45,218 nt of DNA from an uncultured Rhizobium sp. (GTDB taxonomy: Bacteria; Pseudomonadota; Alphaproteobacteria; Micropepsales; Micropepsaceae): contig CAYWWT010000001.1 of NCBI GenBank assembly GCA_964461855.1, forward strand, positions 1 through 45,218. Direction: 5' to 3'. The notes beneath the pieces are model-generated. The model saw only the letters and a program-made list of their open reading frames with translations, was not told the DNA's origin and did no database searches. The translations under genes were made by a program, and so were the position numbers. This document shows positions 10,351 to 19,300 of the stretch, piece by piece (position 1 is the stretch's first letter; every line of letters starts with the position of its first letter).

Positions 10351-11061
10351 ATGCGCGGAGCCACGCTAGGCAATCTCATCCAGGCGCTTCGCCGCGAATT
10401 GAAACTCGCGGAAAGTCCTGCCTTGGGAAAAAACACCCGAGAGGGTCATGCCCATGCTTTGCGCTCCGCGCAGGACCGCCTTTTTGCCGAACACAACTGG
10501 CCCTTCAAATTCATTCGCCGCGATGTCGCCATGGCGGCAGGACAGCGCTATTACGCACCGCCGGCCAATCTCGACCTGGAAGATATCCGCAACGTTTCGG
10601 CGCTCTATTCCAATCAATGGACCCCGGTACCGAAAGGTATCTGCACCGCCGATTTCAACACCTTCAACTCCGATACCGATCAGCGCTGCGACCCGGTATT
10701 GCGTTGGGATTTCTATAATGATCCCACCGACAACGGCGACATGATCGAAGTCTGGCCAATACCGGCCACGGACGGGATGGTGACGCTGCGCTTTGAGGGC
10801 TTGCGCAAGCTGGGCACCTTGGTGGCTGATACCGATGTCGCGGAACTGGACGATACGCTGCTGGTGTTGACGGCAGCGTGTGATTTCGTCTCCGCCAAGG
10901 ATTTGGCGAAGGCGGAAAATAAGGCCGCGCGCCATTTGTTCAATTTGCGCCGCAACCTGGCGGACACCAGCACCTTCGTCTCTGGCGGCGGCAGCGATCC
11001 GCGTTCCAATCGCCGTGAGCCGCCGCGCATCACCATCACCCCTGCACCGACGAGCGGGTGA
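10351..11061 (+). CDS. Head-tail adaptor (tail tubular protein A-like)
   Basis: N-terminal TLGNLIQALRREL helix, HNWPF and IEVWPIP motifs; position before the nozzle. Confidence 0.7.
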   Translation: MRGATLGNLIQALRRELKLAESPALGKNTREGHAHALRSAQDRLFAEHNWPFKFIRRDVAMAAGQRYYAPPANLDLEDIRNVSALYSNQWTPVPKGICTADFNTFNSDTDQRCDPVLRWDFYNDPTDNGDMIEVWPIPATDGMVTLRFEGLRKLGTLVADTDVAELDDTLLVLTAACDFVSAKDLAKAENKAARHLFNLRRNLADTSTFVSGGGSDPRSNRREPPRITITPAPTSG

Positions 11062-11064
11062 GCG

Positions 11065-13137
11065 ATGAGCTATTTCGTTGTAGAAGATTTTCGCCTTGGC
11101 CTGGACCGGCGCAAGCATGTGCTGGCGCTGCCGCCTGGCGCGCTTTATTCCGCCAAAAACGCCAACATCAATCGTGGCGGTGAAATCGAGAGTGCAAAGG
11201 CATTCGTCTCAAAGTTTGACTTGCCCACCAACACTTTCGGGATGGTGACGGCAGGCGGCAATCTCTATGTGATCGGTTCCGTTGTCGCGCCGGTCATGCC
11301 AAGTGGCGTGTCCTATCAGCGTATCCAATATCCGGACGGCTCAGCGATGACCAAGTTGGTTCACGCTTCCGTCGCCAAAGGAAAAATCTTCGCCATCGCG
11401 GAATTTGGCGCCGACAAGTTCGGGGTCTTTTACAATGGCGTGCTGGTTTCGGATTGGGCTTCCGGCGCCGTCATCAGCGGCATGACGAGCTATAGCGATA
11501 TCGCAACGCATTTTGCCGGCATCATCGATGTCGATCCCAATTACGCTGCAACCGCATCGGGCCCGGCCGTCACGATTAACGGCGTGCCGGGGGTCGATTT
11601 TACCTATTCAACCACGGCGACGAATGTTCCGGGCGGCACCAGCGACCAGTATGCCACCGCATCCCTGGTTCAAGCTGCATCTGCCGCCACCGCGGAGACA
11701 CTGGCGACGGGCACTATCACCTTCGACGGCGTTGATGGCTCCAAGCTGATTACGGCCATTCAGATCAATGGTGTTGACCTGATCGGACCGACCCCGCTGG
11801 GCCCCGGCGATGATAATGGCGCCGCAACTACCGTTGCGAGCTTCATCAACTCGTTCACCAGTTCGCCAAAATATACCGCGAGTGCGGTTGGCGCCGTTGT
11901 AACGATATCCGCAGTCCCCGGCAGCGGCGCATCCGTGAACGGAATTGCGATCAATGTGACCAGCGGGTACGGGATCGGTGTCATCACAGCGACGAATATG
12001 GATGGCGGTGCGGCCGCCATGGCTGGCGCACCGAAAATCATCAGCATTGTCTTTGGCGGATCGTTTGAAGCTGGCGACACATATTCGGTGACGCTGGGCG
12101 GGACGGTATTTGGCTCCGCTGCCAGCGGCCTTACCGCTGCCGGCGAGGAACCCGTCTTCTCACTGACCCACAAGGGCAAGACCTACGCGATTGCCGGCCC
12201 CAATCTATTCGGCTCCGCCATCGATGATCCTACCCTGTGGAATGACGGCACGGGGTCTTTCGTGATCGATATGTCGTCGGAGGTCCAGGGCGCGGAAACG
12301 CTCACGGCTTTGAGCTTGTTTCAGGGCAACATGGCGGTTTTTTCCCGCGCCACAACCCAGATTTGGTCGTTCGATGCTGATCCGGCGAATAACGCCCAAA
12401 TCCAGGTGCTGCCCAATATCGGCACCCTGGCGCCGCGCAGCGTCAACGCCTTTGGCGATAGCGATGTGTTTTTTCTCTCGGACACGGGGGTGCGCAGCCT
12501 TAAGTCGCGCTCGGTCATCAACACGGCTTCATTGTCTGACATCGGCTCGCCCGTCGATCCGCTCATCATCGCAGCCATCACGGCGGCCGGTGACGATGCG
12601 CAGAAGGCGGTTTCGATTATCGACCCCATCGACGGCCGCTATTTGCAGCAAATTGGCACCACAACCTATGTTTTCCATTATTTTCCCAGCGCCAAAGTTT
12701 CCGGATGGACGACCTGGGAAAGTGGCCTGGCGATCACGGATTTCGCGGTCTTGAACGAACGCCTGTATGCGCGCGCCGGCGATATCATCTATTTGCTGGG
12801 CGGCGACGATAACGATAAATATTCCGAGCAGGCCCTTGACGTGCAGTTGCCGTTCATTGGCGCGCGGCAGATTGCGACGCTGAAGCACTTCACCGGCATC
12901 GATATCGCCTGCGATGGCACCTTCACGGTCTATCTTCTCACCGATCCCAGCGACCTTGATGCGCAAAGCGAAATCGCAACTATCACCAAGTCAACCTATG
13001 GATTGGGAGGTGTTCCGGTTTTTGGCGAAGATACCAGCGTTTTTGCCCTGCGGTTCACCGGCCGGGCCGGTGAATATGGCCGGGTGGCCAATATCGCGGC
13101 GCATTACATCCCGTTGGGCGAACAGGTGCCGTCATGA
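11065..13137 (+). CDS. Tail nozzle / tail tubular protein B-like
   Basis: 690 aa; starts DFRLGLD...AKNANI, beta-propeller-like repeats (GTLAPRSV, DVFFLSDTGVRSL). Confidence 0.75.
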   Translation: MSYFVVEDFRLGLDRRKHVLALPPGALYSAKNANINRGGEIESAKAFVSKFDLPTNTFGMVTAGGNLYVIGSVVAPVMPSGVSYQRIQYPDGSAMTKLVHASVAKGKIFAIAEFGADKFGVFYNGVLVSDWASGAVISGMTSYSDIATHFAGIIDVDPNYAATASGPAVTINGVPGVDFTYSTTATNVPGGTSDQYATASLVQAASAATAETLATGTITFDGVDGSKLITAIQINGVDLIGPTPLGPGDDNGAATTVASFINSFTSSPKYTASAVGAVVTISAVPGSGASVNGIAINVTSGYGIGVITATNMDGGAAAMAGAPKIISIVFGGSFEAGDTYSVTLGGTVFGSAASGLTAAGEEPVFSLTHKGKTYAIAGPNLFGSAIDDPTLWNDGTGSFVIDMSSEVQGAETLTALSLFQGNMAVFSRATTQIWSFDADPANNAQIQVLPNIGTLAPRSVNAFGDSDVFFLSDTGVRSLKSRSVINTASLSDIGSPVDPLIIAAITAAGDDAQKAVSIIDPIDGRYLQQIGTTTYVFHYFPSAKVSGWTTWESGLAITDFAVLNERLYARAGDIIYLLGGDDNDKYSEQALDVQLPFIGARQIATLKHFTGIDIACDGTFTVYLLTDPSDLDAQSEIATITKSTYGLGGVPVFGEDTSVFALRFTGRAGEYGRVANIAAHYIPLGEQVPS

Positions 13138-13652
13138 AAATGACTGTCGCTCCGCTCAATGACGGCGACCTGCTCTACATCGCGCGCAACATGCGGTGCC
13201 GTGATCGGCAAGAAATTTTCGCTACGCGGTGGTCGGAAAATCCCAACCAGCTTGTCGATGACTGCATGGCGGTGTCGCGGTTGCCGACATCATTTACGGC
13301 CATGATGGGTTTGAAAAAGCCGATTGCGGTCATCGGTGCTGTAGAGCCGTGGCCCGGAGTTTGGGATGTCTGGCTGTTTGCCACGAAGGAATTTGATCAA
13401 ATCCGCTTTTCCATGACGAAGTATGTGCGCAAGGTCTTCATCCCGGCGTTGTTGGAGCGTGGGATGCACCGGGCGCACTGCCGGTCCATCGCCAGTCATG
13501 TGAAAAATCACGAATGGCTTTATGAAATGGGCGCGCGCCAGGATGCCACGCGCCCTTGTCGCGGTTGGGGAAAAAACGGCGAAGATTTCCTGATGTTTGA
13601 ATGGCATCGGGAAGATTTGCTTGCCCAACTTGCCAACGCGGAGGCGGTGTAA
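13134..13652 (+). CDS. GNAT-fold protein, T7 gp13-like
   Basis: IARNMRCRDRQEI start, VWLFAT, HEWLYEMGA, WGKNGEDF; canonical position after the nozzle. Confidence 0.7.
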   Translation: MKMTVAPLNDGDLLYIARNMRCRDRQEIFATRWSENPNQLVDDCMAVSRLPTSFTAMMGLKKPIAVIGAVEPWPGVWDVWLFATKEFDQIRFSMTKYVRKVFIPALLERGMHRAHCRSIASHVKNHEWLYEMGARQDATRPCRGWGKNGEDFLMFEWHREDLLAQLANAEAV

Positions 13653-14281
13653 TGTGCATCTTTGGCGGTGACGGCGGCTCCAAGGCCCTTGCCCGGCAGC
13701 AGCAACAGCAGGCGGACGAAGCGCGGGCAGATTCCAATGCGCGCGCGCAGCGCATTCAAACCGGCAATGCCAACATCGACAACACCTTTGGGCAGTTCGA
13801 TGACAATTATTTCAATGGTCTGAGCAAATCCTATCTGGATTATGCGCAGCCGCAGTTGGACGATCAGTACACCAACGCCAAGAAATACATCACCTATGCG
13901 CTGGCGCGGAACGGAACGACCCATTCGTCCATTGCTGGTGATGAATTTGGTGATCTGGCTAAGCAGTATGCGACCAACGAAACCGGGCTGAATTCCACGG
14001 CATCCGATTATGCCAACAAGGCCCGTGCTGATGTCGCCGCCAACAAGTCTGCGGTGATCGGGCAGTTGAACGCCTCTGGTGATGCGGACGCCGCGACCAC
14101 GGCGGCCCTGGCCGCATCGCGCGTGCTGGCGGCGCCGCCCAGCTTCTCGCCTTTGAGCGCGCTGTTCACCAATGTCAGCGCCTTGGCGGCGCAGAACAAG
14201 CTGGCGTCAGACAGCAATCCGGCATCGTCCTCGGGTGCGCGGCTGTATGGCGCTCCGACCACCAGCTACGGGGTGCGCTGA
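13652..14281 (+). CDS. Internal virion (ejection) protein
   Basis: Starts MCIFGGDGG (TAATG overlap); Ala/Gln/Asn-rich and helical. Confidence 0.65.
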   Translation: MCIFGGDGGSKALARQQQQQADEARADSNARAQRIQTGNANIDNTFGQFDDNYFNGLSKSYLDYAQPQLDDQYTNAKKYITYALARNGTTHSSIAGDEFGDLAKQYATNETGLNSTASDYANKARADVAANKSAVIGQLNASGDADAATTAALAASRVLAAPPSFSPLSALFTNVSALAAQNKLASDSNPASSSGARLYGAPTTSYGVR

Positions 14282-15045
14282 TGTGCGATCCAGTCTCCAT
14301 CGGGCTGACCCTCGCCGGAAGCGCCTTGCAGGGCATCGCCCAGGGCCAGGTGGCCAGCGCCCAGAAGCGCGACATTAACAAGGCCGGGCAAAGCTATGAG
14401 GCGGAGCGCGGCCGCCAGGCGGGGTATCGTGACCAGAATTACGCCACGGTCGGGGACACGCTGGCGAACTTCTCCCTGGACAATCAGAACAAGCTGCAGG
14501 CAGACGCCACAGCTAAGCGCACGGCGGCCTATGTCAATCCGCTGGAAGGCATGACCTTTGGCGCAGCGCCGGTGGCCAACGCCGACGCGAATTATGCTGT
14601 CGATAGCCGCAACGCCCGCACCGCCGATGCGGCGAAGTCGAAAGCCATCAGTGAGGCGACGGCAAAGGCGGGGCTGGACGCCTATGGCGATATGCAGACC
14701 GGCAACAACATCTATGTGGCCAACAACGCCAACAAGATCGACCAGATTGACCGCATCGCGGCGGGGTCGCAGGCGGCGGAAGGTGTGCAGCAGGGCGCAC
14801 TGCAATCGAAGCTGGCGGCGGACAAGAGCGCCGGCAGCTTTGTCGGCGGGCTTGGCGACCTCTTCTCTGCGGCTGGATCGCTGGCAGGCATGGGCGGCGG
14901 TGCTGGTGGGATCGGTAGCAGCATCCAGCAGTTCGGCGCGCGCAACGGCATCGGCTTCCTGTCCAACGGCATGAAGTACATTTCGCCCTTCGCCGGCACG
15001 GGCGCCGGCGGGGTCTATCAGCTCGCTTTGCCGCCAATCGGTTGA
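14281..15045 (+). CDS. Internal virion (ejection) protein, T7 gp14-like
   Basis: MCDPVSIG N-terminus characteristic of gp14-like proteins; Gly-rich hydrophobic C-terminus. Confidence 0.7.
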   Translation: MCDPVSIGLTLAGSALQGIAQGQVASAQKRDINKAGQSYEAERGRQAGYRDQNYATVGDTLANFSLDNQNKLQADATAKRTAAYVNPLEGMTFGAAPVANADANYAVDSRNARTADAAKSKAISEATAKAGLDAYGDMQTGNNIYVANNANKIDQIDRIAAGSQAAEGVQQGALQSKLAADKSAGSFVGGLGDLFSAAGSLAGMGGGAGGIGSSIQQFGARNGIGFLSNGMKYISPFAGTGAGGVYQLALPPIG

Positions 15046-15054
15046 GGTAAAAAC

Positions 15055-16317
15055 ATGCCGATCATCCCCAACACCTATTACCAGAACCCCGGCGTGGGCC
15101 AGGTCGTCAGCAATCTTGGTCTGGCGATCTTTGGCGACCCTGAGGCGCGCGCGAAACGCGATCTTTATGGCGCCCAGACCCAGAGTTACCAGGCGGAAGC
15201 GGACAGCCGCCGCGCCACAGCCGATAAGACCCGCGCTGAAACCCGCCCGCTGGTGACGCGCGCCGACCAATACGATGTTCTTCCGGCGACAGTGGCCAGC
15301 ATCTTCGCCCCAGTTGCCGGCGAGACGCCACAGCAGCACGCCGCCCGGATCGCGCCATTCGTCGGTCAAGTGCTACAGGCCGGCGGCGGCGATGCGGCGG
15401 CGATGGGAAATGGCCTTCAGGACTTGTTCTCGACCGCCTACGCCGCTGACGGCACCGATGCCGGCGGGCGCACCGGCCTTATCATTGGCGGACACACGCC
15501 CGGCAAGGATTATGCTGGCACGGCGGCGCGGGCCGATCAGATTGCCGCGCAGGAAGCCCAGGAGGACCGCGCCACCAAGTACGGCGTGGCCAGGATCGAC
15601 CAGGGCGCCGCCAACGCGCGCAACGCCGCGACCATCGCTGGCGAGAACATGCGTTTTTTCAACACGCCGCTGAATGTCGGAGAGGGAAACACCGTCTATA
15701 TCGCGCCCACCGATCCTCGCTATGGCAAGGTCGGCGGCACCGATGGCGTGGTGCGCGGCAATCCCACCGCCAACACCGTGCGCGGCGAAGCCGGCGCGCG
15801 TATGCTGGCCGGTGACAAGCAGCCTGGCCTGGCTGGGCTGTTCAACGGCTCCGGTGGCGTCGCCAAGCCGGGCGCCGCGCCCAAGCCCCGGGTTGTGACC
15901 GGGAAGGCGCTGGATGATGCGGTCGGCGCGGCGGCGGCGATGGTGGGCGCGGCGGCGCGGGGCGCCAACAACAAGGTGAGCATCGATCCGACGTTCGAGA
16001 GTTCTTTCGACCCCGGCAAAGTCGCGGCCGCGCGCCAGGCGGCCGGCGCCGAGCTGGCGGTCAGCGGCAATGCGCAGAGGGCGGGCGAAATTTACCTGAA
16101 CACCCTTGGCGTGGCGCCGGGCAGCACCTTCGAGAAGCCGGGCACCATTTCCAGCATCTTCGGCGCCCGCCCCACGATGGCGCCGCCGGCCGCGCCAGCC
16201 CAGCCGGCGATCCCGCCGCCCGCCTCCCGGCCGGTGGGCACGAAAGCCCGCGGCGTCGATGGGATCGAGCGCACATGGAATGGCCAGGCCTGGATCGGCC
16301 CCGGGCGGGGCACCTGA
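15055..16317 (+). CDS. Internal virion (ejection) protein
   Basis: 420 aa, Ala/Gly-rich, in the ejection gene block; RBS GAGG. Confidence 0.6.
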   Translation: MPIIPNTYYQNPGVGQVVSNLGLAIFGDPEARAKRDLYGAQTQSYQAEADSRRATADKTRAETRPLVTRADQYDVLPATVASIFAPVAGETPQQHAARIAPFVGQVLQAGGGDAAAMGNGLQDLFSTAYAADGTDAGGRTGLIIGGHTPGKDYAGTAARADQIAAQEAQEDRATKYGVARIDQGAANARNAATIAGENMRFFNTPLNVGEGNTVYIAPTDPRYGKVGGTDGVVRGNPTANTVRGEAGARMLAGDKQPGLAGLFNGSGGVAKPGAAPKPRVVTGKALDDAVGAAAAMVGAAARGANNKVSIDPTFESSFDPGKVAAARQAAGAELAVSGNAQRAGEIYLNTLGVAPGSTFEKPGTISSIFGARPTMAPPAAPAQPAIPPPASRPVGTKARGVDGIERTWNGQAWIGPGRGT

Positions 16318-19300
16318 ATGGCACCCTCTCTTGCTGACATGGTGTTTCAGCCGCCGGCCCAACCAGTCGGGCTGACGGACGCTGAAATGTTTGGGGCTGC
16401 GCCTGCCGCTCCCGGCGGCCAGCCAGTGGGGCTGTCAGACGCCGAAATGTTCGGGGATGCCCCAACGCCGCCTGTCGAAAGCTCGACCGGCGGCGCCTTT
16501 GGTCGCGCTGCGGTGCGTGGTGCGCTCCCAGCGGCTGGCGGCATGGCTGGCTTCGGTGCCGGCATGGTCGCGGCCCAGCCGGTGCTGGCGCCTCTGGCGG
16601 CCATGACGGGTCCGGCGGCGCCAGCAGTTGAGGGCATCGGTTCGTTCCTGGCCGGCCTGGCCGGGGCCTATGGCGGCGGCGCGCTGGTGCGCAGCGGCCA
16701 GGACAAGATCGTCCGCATGTTGCCGGAAGGCGTTCAGCGTTTTTTGGGCCAGGACGCCCCCCAGGTGCAGGCCGACACGACGCAGCACCCCTATGCCACC
16801 ATGGCGGGCGACATCGCCCCCAACCTGTTGTTCATGCGCCCCGGCTTTGGCGCGCGCGTGGCGGCCCCGGAAGGGGCGCCGCTGGCTCAACGCATCTTCT
16901 CCCACCCGGTGGGTGCCCCGGCGGCTGGCGCCGGTCTGGGGGCCGCTCAGGAGGCCGTGGCCGAACAGGTTCAGGAAGGCAAGATCGACCCCAAGAAGGT
17001 CGCCATCGCCGCCGCCGGCGGGGCCCTGATGAGCCACGAAACCAAGCTGGGCGCCAAGGTGGCCAACGCCTTTCCCGGCGTCTTTCAGTCTTGGCGGGCG
17101 GGCCGCACCGGCGGTGTGTCGGATGCTGGTGGTACCCCTCCACCCCCTGACACCCCCCCTACCCCACAGGAGGTTGAGGAATTCGCCGCGTCGCCCGAGG
17201 CGGCCGCCTTTATGCGGGCCAACGGCATCAACCATCCCGACGATCCGCGCATCCCCCAACTGCTCGACCGGCTGGCCGTGCGCCGCCCGGCGGAGGCCGC
17301 CAGTCAGCGCGTGCCGCCACAGGCCCAGCCAGAACCCGCCCAGGTCCAGGCCGAGCGGGAAGGTATCGAAAACGGTGACATTCATCCCGGATTTGATAGC
17401 CAGGCCGGCCGCGCGCCGCGCGCCGCGCTGCCCGATCAGATCCCCGTCACCCCAGCCGGCCAGGCCGACACGGGCGATCTGGGCGTGCGCGCCGGCATCG
17501 ACAAGTTCGCCGCCGCCGCCGCCGGCCTGCCGGTCGTCACCGAGCCCCAGCCGACGCGCATGAGTGAGGCAGATATCGCCCGCAGCCGGGCCAAGATGGC
17601 GGGCGGCACCCAGAATGCCGCCGAGCCGCCGCCGCGGCTGGTGACGCCCCAGGATCGTCTGCCGCAGACCCCCGAACAGGTCCAGGGCCAGCGCCAGGCT
17701 GGCGAGGCGTTCACCGCCGCCGACGCCCAACGCGGACGTGCCGGCACTGTCGACACTGTCGACACCCAGCCAGCGGGCCGGCCGGAAGGCGTCGATGCCA
17801 CCAATGTGACCCTGGATGACGGTTTCCCAGTTCGGGTGCTGAAGCGCACCGTCAAAGAGGTCGGCGGCAAGCATATCGACATGGCCCAGGTCCACCGCTA
17901 CGACCCGCGCACGGGCGAGCTGGACCCCGAGGCTGTGCCCTACGAAGTGCCGGCCCGTCAGCTCAAGACCGCCGCCTATGCTGTCGATCCGCGCCAGGCC
18001 CAGGATTTCCATCAGCGCGCCCAGGGCCCCGGCAATCCGGAAGCCGAGCGCATGCCCAATGAGCCGGTGCGCCGCCAGCAGGATCAGACCTATCGCGCCA
18101 CGCCGGAGGACAACAACGCCGATTTTCCCGGCGCGACACGCCCAGGCCCGGGTGACGGCGAAGGCCCGCAAGGGCGCTCGCCGCTGCCCGAACAGCCCGA
18201 GGGGCCTCACCCGGGGCGCCAGCGGCCGCGCAGCGAAGAGGAAGCCATCCGCGATTTCCAGGCGCGAGCGCGGGACCGCGAGGGGGCGGACTATCGCTCC
18301 CGCCGCGCCGAAGGCGCGCGCAAGGAAGATGCCAAGGCCAGCTCGATCGCCGCCGGCCTGGATGCCGAAGGGCGCTTCCCAGTCGATGACCGCGGCTATG
18401 TGGCATCCGACAAGGGCGGCCCGGTGCGCTTTGCCGACCAGAAACAGGCGGCGAAGTGGATCATCAACGAAGGCCACAAGAAATCGGCCGACCAGATTTT
18501 TGAGATCGAGAACCATCCGGGCGGCAAGGGTTTCACCGTGCATGAGCGCGGTCGCGCGGAGACAACGCCACCAGAACACCCCTCACCGAATGGTTTCAGC
18601 CCCGTTGCGGTGAAGGGCGGTGCGCGCGCGGCGGAGGGTGGGGCTTCTCCTGGCGCCTCTTCGCCGCGCGCTGCGCCCCGTCGCAACAGCGGCACACGCG
18701 GCACACTGCTGGATGCCATCCGCGCCCATGGCGGCATTCGGGATGATCGCGGCGATGTCGCCCAGATCATGCGCGATTACAAAAACCCGCGCTTCAAGCG
18801 CAAGGTTGTCAATCCGGAAGGCCTGCCGCCGGACAAGATGCGCGAGCGCTTGCAGGAAGAAGGCTGGTTTGGCCGCCACGATGATAGTGGCGTCGCCCAG
18901 GAAACCGGCGCGCATGGCGGCGATGATGTCCGCGACCTCTATGACCTGATGGACCGCGAGGCGCGCGGCGATGCCGTTTATCACCCCGACGAAGCGCCCA
19001 CTGACCGCGAAATGACGCGTGAAGCCGAGCGCATCCAGGACGAGGAAATGAACCGTGCGGGGGTGACGGAAAACGACACCCCTCAGGAAATTGAGCGCAA
19101 ATTGGCGGATTTCCGGGCATCTGAAACCGCCCGCTTTGAAGAAGAAGCCGCCAAGGCTAAGGTGATCGATGAAGCGGTCGAGAGCCTGGACAGCACAGAC
19201 CGGGAGAATGTCGATGTCGAAGATTATGAGCCTGGCGCAGATTACGGCGCAGAGGAAGAAACACCTGGCGCGGGGAAAAAAAAACCTGGCGGCTATGAAA

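Noticed and set aside
16435-18579. 714-aa minus-strand ORF, and other long antisense ORFs such as 5177-6196, 6285-7580, 27850-29022
   Set aside because: Shadow ORFs opposite well-supported genes, expected at high GC3; no motifs.
19272-19284. G4A9 run in the giant gene as a programmed frameshift or phase-variation site
   Set aside because: It encodes in-frame GKKK in a disordered linker; no convincing alternative-frame product or stimulatory structure was seen.
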